Assembly (NCBI GenBank): GCA_964016885.1 | Contig: OZ024741.1 | Coordinates: forward strand, 42,160,001 to 42,224,000 | Direction of reading: 5' to 3' | DNA: 64,000 nt | Source of the DNA: Eledone cirrhosa | Lineage: Eukaryota | Shown: one piece after another, positions 14,451-28,100 of the stretch | Layout of the letters: every line of letters begins with the position of its first letter | How positions within the stretch are numbered: position 1 is the first letter of the stretch | Notes under the pieces: generated by a model | Told to the model about the DNA's origin: nothing | Database searches by the model: none | What the model saw: the letters and a program-made list of their open reading frames with translations, nothing else | Program-made: the position numbers and the translations under genes

Positions 14451-15225
14451 CTTTGAATAACTTTGAAATGTTTTGGCCAGTATTGGCCCAGGCCATGTCT
14501 AACTTAATAGCACCACCTGGCGAAGTCTTTCAATTCAGGATTTGGGCACCATGGCCCATTCGAGAAGAGAATTACTGTTTGCGGAGACATATCCGGGTGT
14601 GGGTGGTTTGTCCGGGATTACTTGGAGGCATTTGTCCAAAGACTTCTTGAATTTTGTGTGGTCAGTTTCTGTTTTGACGTGTCCTGGTGTGATGTTGAAG
14701 AGAGCAGGGCCGATTGAGGTGAAATAATTGTGCCGTATTGTTGTTATGAGTTGCGATTTAGATTTTTGAATGGGACGGATAGCACGGGGCCCAATCCTTG
14801 GGTGTATCTTGAAGGCGATGCCAACATCATTTGGGCAGTGATGATGGAACATTTTCCACATCATGCAGATAATATAACGCTCACGGCGACGTTGGAGTGA
14901 GTAACGTTTCAGGTTTTCTAGTCGACCCCAGTAGTCAAGGTCTGACATGCCATCTATCTTTTTCGTGATTGCCCTTTGAGGAGCTTCAAGTTTCATGATA
15001 CTTTGTTTCGTGTGGGGAGACCACAGTGGACAACAGTATTCAAGGTGTGGTCGGGCAAAAGCAGAGAAGAGAAGGATAATGGTGTGGGAATCTCTCGACT
15101 GGAAGGTTCTGAGGATCCAGGAACATATTCTGCGGGCCATGTCAACTTTGCTGCTTATATGCGTGGCCCAGCTTATGTTGCTGTCCACGGTTACTCCCAA
15201 GTCTCTGATGTTGTTAGATGCCACA
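14450..15225 (-). mobile_element. CR1-like LINE 3' fragment (RT C-terminus), 5'-truncated
   Basis: [16 protein letters not shown]...[13 protein letters not shown]...YWGRLENLKRYSLQRRRER; reading frame open to 14535; short (ttattcaaag)-like tail repeat. Confidence 0.85.
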
Positions 15226-15234
15226 TATGTATAC

Positions 15235-15292
<58 letters not shown>

Positions 15293-15552
15293 ACATATAT
15301 ATTTATACATATATATATATATGTATACATATATATATATACATATATATATATGTATACATATATATATATATATACATTATATATATATATATGTATA
15401 CATATATATATATACATATATATATATTATATATATATATGTATATATATATATATCTACATATATATATATATGTATATATATATATCTACATATATAT
15501 ATATATATATATATATGTATACATATATATATATATATGTATACATATATAT

Positions 15553-15588
<36 letters not shown>

Positions 15589-15875
15589 ACATATATATAT
15601 ATATATACATACATATTTATTAAAATAAAATAACTGTTTCTACTTTAGGCACAAGGCCAGCAATTATCCACTTCATTACTGGTACTTAATTTTATCGACC
15701 CCGTAAGGATGAAAGGCGAAGTTAACCTTGGCGGGATTTGAACTCAGACTGTAAAGGGACGTAACTATGCTAGAAGGCATGGCGTCCAACCCTCTACCGA
15801 TACTGCCAATTCACAAAATAATGGATTTTAGTCTTCAAATTTATTATTATTACTATATATATACATATATATATA

Positions 15876-15958
<83 letters not shown>

Positions 15959-16038
15959 CTATATATATATATATATACATGTATATATATATACATATAT
16001 ATATATACATATATATATACATATATATATATACATAC

Positions 16039-16069
<31 letters not shown>

Positions 16070-16086
16070 CGTATATATATATATAC

Positions 16087-16121
<35 letters not shown>

Positions 16122-16166
16122 CATATATACATACATATACATATATATATACATATATATATACAT

Positions 16167-16217
<51 letters not shown>

Positions 16218-16283
16218 CATATATATATATACATATATTAATAATAATAAATTCAAGACTAAAATCCAAAGAGGGCTTAATAA

Positions 16284-16380
<97 letters not shown>

Positions 16381-16686
16381 TATATTATATATATGTAATA
16401 TATATATCTACATATATATATATATATGTATACATATATATATATATACATATATATATATGTATACATATATATATATACATATATATATTTTTTTAAA
16501 TAACAGATTAAAGTTTAAGCAAAGAATCGCTGCTTTCACCCTTAACGGGATCTTCTGAAACTAACAAAGTCAATCTGTAAACGCAGAACTGGATATTTTT
16601 TATAGTGAGAAATAATTAATATATAGAGATTTCAAGGAACATAGAATCATAACCTGAAATTAAAACATTATATATGTTTACTTAAT

Positions 16687-16874
16687 TGTTTCTACTATTG
16701 GCACAAGGCCAGAAATTACCCAGTACATTACTGGTACTTTATTTTATCGACCCCGTAAGGATGAAAGGCAAAGTTAACCTCGGCGGGATTTGAACTCAGA
16801 ATAGCAAGGGCCGTAACTCTATGCATCAAAGCATGGCGTCCGACCCTCTACCGATACTGCCAATCCACCGCCAT
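16687..16874 (-). mobile_element. SINE family A copy with 12-bp TSD
   Basis: tgtttacttaat at 16675-16686 and at 16875-16886. Confidence 0.9.
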
Positions 16875-17165
16875 TGTTTACTTAATGGTATCAATTTTAG
16901 GAAAAGATAGTTTTAAGAAGGAAATTAAAATTATGTACATCATCAGTAGTATATTATTAATTATAGGTTAACTAAATTAAAAAAAGTTTTTATATTAATT
17001 TCTAAAATATATATTAATTAGGTTTATAATATTTAAAGGTTTTTCTCAGTTTATGATTACACGATATTATTAATTCCTGTCGCTTATTTAATAGGATATA
17101 CTTAGATTTCATTATTTCAAAAAGTTCTTGGGAACACAATCTACATTCATATCTATTATTTTGAT

Positions 17166-20100
17166 GAAAAAAAACTCTCCCCAAAACATAACACTGACAC
17201 CAACACAAAAGAGCTCACAACAACAGCAAACAAAAAACACCACACAAAAACAAAAACATGCATACACATACATAAACACAAGAAACAAAAAACTGTTAAA
17301 CATTGTGTACAACAACAATCTAATAAAAGCACAAGGGCCTAACTTCACCCAGGCAGGGGATTTCCCCCACCTCAAAATGATTAAGCCCCCCACAGGACAC
17401 CTATAAAACTTTAAAAAACAATTTTAAAGAGGACGTGGGTCCCCCCTGCGTCGGGCCCATTAACCGCGTCCTCCTAAAAAACTATCCCACCCCCTCCCCA
17501 AACACCCACATGCCCCCACACTTCCACAAGCCACCACCCCACCCAACAACCCATCCCCCACCCTAATGGAAATTGTGCAGCCCGATACCCGGGACGCAGA
17601 GAGGTAAGTGCCTTTTCTCTTCACCACCAACATGGCTATGCTAAGAGTAGGCTGTTTAAATGCGCGTGGCCTGGGCTCAACTTGGAAGCAAGCAATGCTT
17701 CTAAATGACCTCAGGTCACAACGTATAGATGTGATGGTTATTTGCGAGGCCCGGATCAGCAACGTGCGACAGCTGGCCCCCACCTTTGATGACTTTGAGA
17801 TGCACGCATCTCTCTGTCAGCCCGGAGGTGGGGGTGGAGTTGTCGTTCTGCTGCAAAAACATCTGGGTCTCGCAACACAGATAGTACATTTGGACCCGGA
17901 GGGTCGACTAGTGGTTCTGGACCTTGGCAGTGGTAAAGGCGGAGCGTTTAGGTTGGTAGCCGCCTACGGCCCTTTCGGGTCAATGCGGCCGGACTTCTTC
18001 CATCGTCTGGAGACTTTTCTAGGGACGTCCCGCTCCTTGCTATTAGTGGGGGACTGGAATGGTATCCTAGATGCACGCTGGGACTACGTAGGTGCCTGTC
18101 CCGATAGAGAGGGGTGTAATAGCCTCAAAGGGTTAATCGGTCGATTTGACCTGGCCGATAGATATCGACTAGATTTTCCGACTGCGCCAACCTGGACTTG
18201 GGCAAATCGTAGCGGATCATCTAGGTCGTACCTAGATAGGTTCTTAGTTAGAATTAAGGATAAGGACTATTTAAGTTGTCCAAAAATGTGCATGGTTGGC
18301 TATTCAGACCACAAATTAGTGACCTGCATGGTCAACCTTGACAGAACTCATAGACAGGGACCCGGTTACTGGAAGCTCAACTTGTCCTTACCGGCAAGTA
18401 AGGCTTACAGGAACCGGATTAGCACTTTAGTTAAGGAGCGGTTGACGGGCGCCATCGTCAACAGCAGGTGGTGGGGATCTCTCAAAAGAGAGATTAGAGT
18501 AGTCTCTATAGAATTTAGTAAGGAGTTAGCCTCAAATAGAAATAGGAAGGAAAGGGAGTTGGTAGATAGTTTAGAAGAGGCAATTAGAAGCAGCGACGTG
18601 GCCAGAGTCCTAGCGTCGAGAACGGCCCTTGGCCAGTTCTTCGACGCGAAACACGAAGGCTGCATCGTCCGAAGCAAAATACGTGCTCTGGGAAACGAGG
18701 GGACCAAAGCTGTTAGCTGGGCCCGCGTGACAGAAGCCAAAAGAGGGAGCAGATCCACTATCCGGTCTTTGCGAGACCAGGATGGACGGGTGATCCTTGA
18801 ACCTAAGCAGATGTGCGAGGCTTTTCAAAAGCACTTTGCCGGATTGTTCGGAAGGGGCGGGGGGCCGGTTGGGGACGTGGACTTCGGTCCATACCTCGAC
18901 GGCCTGCCGCGTCTCTCGGACAGGGAGGCGAAGTCCTGCGAGGAGCCGATTTCAGCCGCTGAGATAGAGGACGTGCTGAGCCAATGCGGCAAACGCAAAT
19001 CCCCGGGTCTCGATGGTCTTCCATACGAACTATATCTAGCTATGCCGGACTTGTTCCCCGAACTCCTTGAGGCGGTCTACTGCAACTGGCAACAGAACGG
19101 GAGAATTCCCTGTGCTGTGACCAAGGGCGTAGTCACGCTAGTGAGGAAGGACGAGAACAAGGGGGACGATATAAATAATTTCAGGCCCATAACTCTGCTA
19201 AATACAGAGTTACAGATTTTGGCCAAGGTGATAGCAAAGAGGTTGGCGCTGGTCGTGGGCAACCTGGTGGGAGATGCGCAGACATGTGCTATCCCGTCCA
19301 GGTCCATCCACGATAACCTCCACCTCATGCGATACATCATAGAGAGGGTTGGGAACGAACCCGGCTTTGGTGGGGCCCTGATCAACTTGGATCAATCTAA
19401 GGCATTCGATAGGGTCGACCATGGTTACCTGGATGCGGTGCTAGCGGCGGCAGGCTTCGGACCCGTTTTCAGGGGCTGGATCAATGCCATGCACAGCAAC
19501 CGCATCTGCTCTAGGGTCAAGGTGAACGGCTACCTCTCGGAGCCGTTCGAAATCGCGCGGTCCATCCGACAGGGGTGCCCTCTCTCCTCCCTTCTGTATG
19601 TAATGACTCTAGAGCCACTGCTGCGGAAGTTGGAGTTGTTGCAGGGCATCCCGTTGGAACCGGGATTGCGGAAAGCGGTGTCAGCCTACGCCGATGACGT
19701 AACAGTAATGGTGTCGACGGCCTCGGAAATCAGGGCGATCGGCACCTTGCTGGAGGAGTACGAAAGGTTTACAGGGGCTAAGCTGAACCGGGACAAGTCG
19801 ATCGGTCTGCAACTCGGCACGTGGAGGGGCAGATCGATGCCCTCCGATGACGTCGTCGGGCGCTGGACGGAGGGCCCGGTGAAGTTGCTCGGGGTCTGGT
19901 TCGGACCAGACCTCCAGGTGGAGAAGAACTGGGGTGAGGTGACGAACAGGGTGTTTGCACTGACCCAGAAGTGGGCCGAGTGCAAACTGTCCCTGAAAGG
20001 ACGGGGGGAGGTGGCGAACACTTATATAGCGTCCGTCATCTACTACCGCCTGACCGTTGTGCCTTGCCCAAGGGAAACGCTCGCCAAAATGGAGCGCGCA

Positions 20101-21331
20101 CTCTTCCAATTCCTTTGGAAGAAGCGGGCTCCTATGGTGAGGAGATCCATCTGCTGTCAACACCCTTCGAAAGGAGGGCTGGGGATGCCGTGGCTAATGA
20201 TACGTAAACACGCATTAAGGCTACGGCACCTTCAGGTATTCCTCTCCGGTCAACCGGTGTGGGCCCCGTTTGTGAGGCGAGCCTTTCCCAGACTCGTCTC
20301 ACTCACCGAGCTGCAATCCTGGGTCAAGCAAAGACCGAGAAAACTGGGCGCCTGGCACACCGAGTGTGCCCAGGCACTCACGGCTCTCTGACAGGCGGAC
20401 CCGGCTGTCAGTGGAGAATCCACCTCGTCATTCTATAGAGGGCTGGTGGTTAGCAGGTGCGACGACGCCCTCGGAGAAGCCCTAGGCATGGAGGAAGACG
20501 AACTGCACAACCTGTTCGGTAGGACATTCAGCCCGGGACCCATGGATAACTTCCAGAGGTCCCTGGCCTGGCAATGCTACAGAAGGGCTCTGCCCGTTCG
20601 AGAAAGGCTCTACAGACACGGGCGCCCGGGTAGGGACCGATCGAAAAAGATCTGTCCCAGATGCGTGTGCGACGAGGAAACCGTTGCACACGCATTGGTA
20701 CACTGCTCGGGCATTGCCGATCTGTGGGGTTATGTCGAACAACTTCTGTCAAGGGTGGGACCAATCCGGTTGACCACCGAGTCTATTGTAACGATCAAGC
20801 CGCCTCCCCTCTTCAAAAACGAAGGAGAGGCGGTGTTTCTGTGCGTAATAGCCATGGCGAAAGAGGTTGTATGGTGGACGCGTCTGAAAGGACTGAGGTC
20901 AGACACCTTTCTCTCTGGCCAACAACTGGTCCGTTTCTTCCGATATCATTTCGGAAGAAGGATCAGGATGGAGAGAGAGGTGCTGCACCCCAGCCGTTTC
21001 TATGAAAGATGGGTGAAAGTGGCGAGAATGGCCCGTGTGAATGGGCCTTCACTCTACATCAGACTATAGGTGAGGAAGATGAAAGACCAAGGGAGCACCC
21101 CTTCTCTGTGCTCCTGAGAAGAAGGGTTGCACACTTTTTTCGGGGGTGTGTGCGACCCCCCAAAGCGCCTCCTCTCTATTGAGGACTTTGTTATAAATTT
21201 TATTTTTTGTTATATTTTATTTTATTTTTATATATTGTTATTGCCTCCTCCTTATTGAGGACGCCTTGTTTTGTAAACTCCCCCCATTGTACTTGTCCCA
21301 CTTTTGATGCCCTGGTGGCAAATAAAAGAAA
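17166..21331 (+). mobile_element. L1/Tx1-type non-LTR retrotransposon, 5'-truncated, 18-bp TSD
   Basis: TSD catatctattattttgat at 17148-17165 and 21332-21349; ends in aataaaagaa; GC-rich relative to the flanks. Confidence 0.92.
17632..21069 (+). pseudogene. L1/Tx1 ORF2 (APE endonuclease, RT, CCHC zinc finger), about 1145 codons with one in-frame TGA at 20389-20391
   Basis: APE motifs LNARGL, GDWN, YLDR, SDH; GYWKLN; RT motifs KSPGLDG, FRPITLLN, LDQSKAFDRVDH, RQGCPLS, AYADD; CPRC...ETVAHALVHC; ORF 20446-21069 is in the same frame as 17608-20391. Confidence 0.92.
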
Positions 21332-22727
21332 CATATCTATTATTTTGATAAGGTGTGGCCCTTTTGAGCACACTCCAGGTCAGGTCATAATCTTTATTCC
21401 TCTAATTATTAATTATTTCAGCTAGAGATGTTGTATTAGCTAATGCGGCATTTTTAAAAACTATGTTTGTGGGTATTAAATCTTACTTTAAATTGGTTAG
21501 AGGTAGCTCCTATATATGAATAAATTGAGTCCTTAGTGTTAACTTTACATTTATATACTATGTTATTAACGAGGCAATATCCTTTTAATGGGCAGTTTGC
21601 TTTGTTTCTACAGTTACAACTTTTCGTGAATCCTGTATCAGAGGAGATATTATGGTTAGTTTGATGTACTAGTGGTATACTGATGTTTTTTTTTACATGT
21701 ATATGCATTGTAGGCACTTATATTTTTTTTAATGTTTTTGGTTGTTGAGTAGGAGAATTTAACCGTTGATCTATTTAAAATTTGATGGTTTTTGTGGTTT
21801 GGCGGGAAGTTCTTCTCTAGGACATTAAACATTTTTTTAGGTATATTATCCTTAATTTGTAAATTAAATGGAGTATTATACCAAGTAACTCGTCTATTAC
21901 GGTTTTGATGTTTATTGTTTTTATAGGATGTATCCTGATGTTTATTAAGAGAATTATTGTTAATGACTTCACCACACACATTTTTAGTTAGATTTATTGA
22001 TTTAGGTGTTTTAGCTTGTTTTTTAGGAGTTTTATTATTAACATTTATTAGAGTAGTAAGATTAATAGTTTTTTGAGAGTTACTATATTGTATATTAGAA
22101 GAGTTAGAGAAATTTGGTTTTATGTTGGTATTTTGGGGTATAGTGTGAGTGGCATTTAGGTGTGTATGTTTCATTTGGTGTTTGTTGGTAATATTAGGTT
22201 GTATGTTTGTAGTGTTATTGGTAGAAGGTATATATACTAATCTATTTTTGTGGCCACTTCTAGCTAAAGCTTCGTTATAAAAGGTCGCATTTTTATCAAA
22301 TACATCCTGGTTAGATGAAAGGTTAGAAATTCTAAGTGAGATATTATATGCTAGGTTTTTAAGGATAGATTTAGGGTGATTAGATGGTGAGTGTATGTAA
22401 TGTAAATTTTGGTTAGGTTTATGGTAAGGTTGGTAGATACCCGTAGATAAGTCTAATGTTAAATCAAGGAAATTAACTACTTTACTTGTGTTTTCAAATG
22501 TAATATCTAGACTATAATAGTCTTTGAGGAAAGTTCTAATAAGCTTTTTATTTTTTTCTATCTCTGAAAGGCTAAGGTTATTGGAAAGAAGAAGACAGTC
22601 GTCACGATATGAACCACCTTTAAGGTGGGGAAAAGAAGCATTTATGTTAAAAAGAAGAAAGAGGCCCACAAGATCAGTAATTTGGGCAGAATCACTTGAA
22701 CCCATAGTGATATCGAATAGATTACTA

Positions 22728-22980
22728 AATTTGAGGTGTTTGATTAAGTTAAAAAGTTCTATGTTAGAAAGACCTTTTTAACTTAATCAAACACCTCAAA
22801 TTTAAGAAGTACAAATCTAATTTTCAAAAGGATCTTGATTCTACCCTATTGGATTAAAAAAATCTAAAAAAATCCATGTCCACTCTGACAAAACTGGAAA
22901 TCTGTATCACATGGATATTGAAAATTACAATGAGTTCATATATAAAGAACTCAGGAAAAATTATAAAAAAACAAACAATG
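22728..22980 (+). mobile_element. Inversion junction and inverted upstream RT segment of the Naiad-like PLE
   Basis: Inverted repeat of about 29 bp (22728-22756 and 22776-22804); the + strand then encodes IHVHSDKTGNLYHMDIENY, a PLE DKT/DKG-type motif. Confidence 0.65.
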
Positions 22981-22983
22981 CGT

Positions 22984-23450
22984 CACTATTTTCACCCCTA
23001 AAATAACCTTTTTATTCTTCATACTCCTTCCATTCAAAACTGAAATCTGCCTTCTTCTACCCCTAAAATAAACTTCGATTACTACTATTTTACCATTTGG
23101 CCAATTATTACCTTTCTATTGGTCAATTCAAAACCTGTTCCCAAACAGACCTACTATATTAAATCTTTGTTGGTTTTATTCAATGAACAAATATAATTAT
23201 TTCTCAGGTCAGCATATGACCTACTTTCATCCCTAAAATAATCTTTCATTCATAGTATTCTTTCCATCCAAAACTGAAATCAACTTTCCTCTACCCATAA
23301 ATTAAGGTTCGTTTACTACTATTTTACCATCTTGACCTTCACTATCTTTCTATTGGTCAATTCAAAACCTGTTCCCAAACAGACATATTGTATTAAATCT
23401 TTGTTAGTTTTTTTCAATAAACAAATATCATTATTTCTGAAGACAGCATA
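22984..23450. repeat. Diverged tandem duplication, unit about 238 bp
   Basis: ttctattggtcaattcaaaacctgttcccaaacagac and ttaaatctttgtt each occur twice at the same spacing. Confidence 0.8.
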
Positions 23451-23479
23451 TATATGTGTAGGTATGTATATTCCCTCTG

Positions 23480-23748
23480 ATAGTTTGTAAAAATTTTACA
23501 TAGATCTATAGGATATGCATAGCAACACTAAAATATATATGCTAGAAACGATCGTAAAATGATGAATTTTTTAATATAAGGAACTGTTTCTTTGTTTATT
23601 CATTATTTTATTAATTTATCTTGACTCTGTTTTCCGTTATTTTTCACCGAAAATTTTTTTTGAATACATCTTCTCTTTTCATGATATTCGGATTACATGG
23701 AGTTCTTCATACGGATTGGACACTACCGTACATTTTGGTAGATTTATC

Positions 23749-23752
<4 letters not shown>
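23480..23752 (+). mobile_element. Single arm of HHR-related family P2 (fold-back copy at 33711-34073)
   Basis: Reverse complement of 33711-33935; contains GAAAC GATC GTA. Confidence 0.7.
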
Positions 23753-23832
<80 letters not shown>

Positions 23833-23889
23833 TATATACATATATATATATACATATATATACATATATATATAAATATATATATACAT

Positions 23890-25170
23890 TTCGTTTCTGA
23901 ATTTGTTTAGCAAGATTCTTTATCTGAAATCGTCTGTTGAAACCGATATTGTTATACTTTGGGAAGGTCATGTTGCCAATAAGAAACACACGCACCAGCT
24001 GCTTTCACTTCAATTTATTATAATAAATTTATAAATTTAGGAATTTATAAATTTCTGATTGTTTGGTTGGTTCCACAAACACATAGTTGTTTATATATTG
24101 TCAAAGTTCTTTCGTCACACATTCTGTGACCTCTTCAGTGACTGGGGATTCCTTTCTTTGTTTTTGTGCCTCTCCTTTGTTCTGTCCTACGCCATTTTGT
24201 TTCTGTGTGTGTGTTGTGTGCTCAGTCTGCGCATGCGCCACATCCGGGAGTCTGTGTGTGTTTATATTTGTTTATTTATTTGTTTATTTACATGTTGCCG
24301 GTTGGTTGTTTGTTCTATGTGTGTGTGTGTTTTCATTTTGTCCTTAATTGTAAGTTGTGATGTTGCTGTTCCACTCATATTTTCTATTTAATTTTGGTTG
24401 TAATTCTTTTATGTTTATTGCCTCTGTGATTTGTCTAAACATTGCGTCTTTTCTGTGTGTAGATTCTATTTTTATTTCTATGTTCTCTAATTTACCCTTA
24501 TGTTCTATTTTAGCATGTTGGTAGAGTACAGATGATTCTTTACTATCTTAAAGGTCTCGCCAGTGTTCATTTATCCGTTCCCCTACACTACGAGCTGTCT
24601 CACCTATGTACACTATATTTTTGTCTCTACATTGTCCTTCAGTACATCTTATGCTATACACTACATTTCTAGTTTTACAGTTAATATGGGGGCTTATTTT
24701 ACAGGTTATACATTTCTTATCTATACAGGGGGGTCTTTGGAAAGGGTATGTCTTGCTAATAAGTGTTTTTACGGAGGTACCTGGTCTTTCTACTATCTTT
24801 ATATTGAGTTTATGTTTATCTAGGGCCCTTCTAAATTTGTAAGCTAATTCACCTCTAGGGGTTGTATCGATGAACATTACACTCTGGTATTTATTGCTAT
24901 CATACCATGAGTTTATTCTATTAGCCTTATTCCTAGTTCTTTCTATTCTATTCCAAAATGTGCTCCTATACAAGGGGCAGGTCCCATTTGTGTCATTATT
25001 TACCATTTTTTCCCATTTGGTTCTGGCTCATCTATACACTCTGATTCTATCTCTCTGATTATAACCAGAGAACTGCATACGGTGGATGAAGTGTTGTATG
25101 TGTCTCTCTAGTTCTTCGGGGTTGCACATGCGGGACACGTTTCTCATCACCCGTACCAAATCCGCAATCA
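23890..25170 (-). mobile_element. Inverted 3' copy (RT thumb, GIY-YIG, pLTR and extension) of the adjacent PLE
   Basis: Reverse complement of 28260-29482 plus 25436-25493; joined to the main copy at a 2-bp 'ca' overlap (25169-25170). Confidence 0.92.
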
Positions 25171-28100
25171 CAACACACACACAGAAACAAAATGGCGTAG
25201 GACAGAACAAAGGAGAGGCACAAAAACGAAGAAAAGAATCCCCAGTCACTGAAGAGGTCACATAATGTGTGACGAAAGAACTTTGACAATATATAAACAA
25301 CTATTTGGTTGTGGAACCAACCAACCAGAAATTTATAAATTCCTAAATTTATAAATTTATTATAATAAATTGAAGTGAAAGCAACTGGTGCGTGTGTTTC
25401 TTATTGGCAACATGACCCTCCCAAAGTATAACAATATCGGTTTCAACACACGATTTCAGATAAAGAATCTTGCTAAACAAATTCAGAAACGAAGTATCGT
25501 AAGCCTTAGCCAGGGTAACAAGATACTGAAAACCACCATGTTCTGTTGTCTACGAAAAACCATAACATCTCGACAACTACACTTCATAAAAGAATGTGCC
25601 TCGTCCCGAGTTTACACCAACACCATCAACACCGACGTAAGAAGATTACAACTCACCAAAAAACAAGCAGATAGGCTAAAACGAACACTAATTCTAAACA
25701 TAAAAAAGAAGATCTATAGAGAATTAAGTCATCAAGAAAAACATAAGCGTAACCTAATACAAGAAATAGCTAGGATCACCACACCAAGAGAGAAACTAAT
25801 ATTTATAAGCCTTATATCCTGCTCAAGAATGTGATAAGCACTTTAACAAGAAACTAAAGTGGCTTAAGCAGATAAAACTAAATCAGGATACTGTAGAGAA
25901 TACCAATAGATATCCCGACAAAATTGACGGTATAAATATGGCCGACACCTCATTAACAGATGAGTTCAACAACAACAACAACACAAATATATACGGCAAC
26001 ACGGCAATAGATGACGATGAGTTATCTGTATTACTTCTACCACCGAATTTTGCGACATTCAAGAAGGTAAATATGATTAGTTGTCTGTCAGAAATAGAAA
26101 AATCATTTACAAAATTACGTTGGAGCCTCAAAAACAAAAAACAAAAACAAAAGTAACAATATACGCACACACATACACAACACACATCCCAACAACAACA
26201 GACACACAGACACAAACAACAATAACAACAACACACACACCAACAATAATAACATACCCAGAAACAACAACAGACACGCAGACACAAACAACAATAACAA
26301 CACACACAACAATAATAACACACACGGAGACAACAACAACAACACACATCAACAACAGCACACATCAACAACAACAACACACACACATTCAATGCCTCTA
26401 ACCACCACCACAATCTTAACAAACACACAGACACAGAAAACAAGTAATGACAGTAGCACAGAAATCACAGAAATAAGGGAAAGTAATAGGATTAAAAGGA
26501 GAAGGGAGACTATGGACAAAGAAAATAACCAAGACGAACACACAGACACACAAAATAGAGTAGACAATAAAAATGAGCCAGTGGAAAGAGACAGGAGTAA
26601 TTATGAGAGAGATAGAAACAACCATGAGGCTGTTGGTGGAAATAGAAATAGAAATAGAAACAACACAACTAACAATAACAATAGCACTAGTACACATAAA
26701 GCAGCAGCCTGGAACTCTACTTTTTATAATCCCTCCGATAAGTCGTTCGACCTGCGACGAGTCCACGCCACGACTTTACTATTTAACAAACGCACGCAAT
26801 TGCCATCGTAGGTCGATGAACAAACAGAAGCACAATTTAGTATAGCTAGATCCGAACTTAGAAATATTATAGAACAGTATAACAAGAAGCATAATAGAAT
26901 GGAGGCCCAGCAACTGGGAGAAAAATCTGCAAATGGCTTGCGTAAGCTCATGCAGCGCTCACGTAATGGAGAGATATCATGCTTTCCAACAGACAAGTCT
27001 GGCAGAATGTCGGTTGACAGCCTGCCAAACAACATCCAGGCAATGCAACCCCACATCACTAACACAAGAGAGGTAACACAACAGGAGCATGAGGATAGAG
27101 AAAAAGCCCTCAATGCTCATATCGTGATGTGGACGAATATAATGCAGCCCAACAAAAGGACTGCCAACAACTTCCAGGCCTGGAACAATGACGTGCCGGC
27201 GTTGTATGGGTTATGAAAAGACCATAAACCAGGAAGTGATCCTGTCACGGGACTACCAACACGGCCAGTCTGTGGGGCTAACATTCCTAGTAACTACAGA
27301 CTGTCCTACTTCCTCTACCTGATCATACGCCCCATCATTGAAATGTCCACAGATGTATGTGACAGCACGGAGGACCTCCTCAGCAGAATCGGTGAGAGTA
27401 ACCGATCTAGGGACCTAACAAAATGCATAATAGGTAGTATGGATGTTGTGTCCCTGTATCCATCTATTGACGTGGATTTTGCTGTGGAGAAATGCGTAGA
27501 AATGATCAGTGAGAGCAATGTTGAGTTCCGTGGGATTGATACCAGTGAGCTGGGCCTCCTACTTAAACTTACCTATAGTAATAATTACCTAGACACATAT
27601 GACCTTAGCAACCTGTGCCCTACAAGACCAGCAAGAGGCAGACCACCTACCATTACCTCAATGGCCAAGAAAACCCACACAGATAGATTGAACGGGTGGA
27701 CCAGAGCCATACGGACACCCGAAAACCACGATGAACTGAAGAAAATGATTGCACATGCGGTAGGGGCCAGCATAAAACTAACCCTTAAGGAACATATGTT
27801 CAAATCTAATGGAAAAACATATGCCCAAGAGGAAGGAGCAGCCATTGGTGTTAGCATTGCAGGCGACATAGCTAACTTATTCATGGTATGGTGGGACAGT
27901 AGACTTAAACTTAAACTTAAAGAACAATTAGAAGACCCTGATAATGTACTCCCGCTACGTTGACGATATAAACATCGTAGTTAAGACACCCCCACTAGAG
28001 AACAGTCAGGAAGTAGAGAAAAACACAATGGAAAGCATCCAGCAAATAGCTAACTCCATCCACCAGAGTATTAGTGTTACTATAGACTACCCAAGTAAAC

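Larger units (their letters stand above)
16500..22780 (-). mobile_element. Naiad-like Penelope-like element (RT plus GIY-YIG), decayed; interrupted by L1 (17166-21331) and a SINE (16687-16874)
   Basis: RT motifs MGSSDSAQ, SYRDD, VNFLDL, YHKPN, SNHP; CNCRNKANC linker (CxCx5C); IVYKC...YIGAT...RFNTH; the C-terminal CRLC...LNKRQELIISCNH (17014-17165) resumes beyond the L1. Confidence 0.85.

Noticed and set aside
18405-20163. Antisense ORFs over the L1 (likewise over the RTE and PLE elements)
   Set aside because: These are shadow ORFs expected opposite long coding frames.
20389-20391. Programmed read-through of the L1 ORF2 TGA
   Set aside because: A single CGA-to-TGA decay is simpler, and nothing in this one copy supports recoding.
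21454-21717. Selenoprotein recoding, as described for some Naiad PLEs
   Set aside because: The linker and zinc-finger cysteines are ordinary Cys codons here; no UGA at a conserved Cys was seen.
23430-23450. CTGAAGA as a further hammerhead core
   Set aside because: No stem II or GAAA follows; the sequence is cut off by a TA tract.
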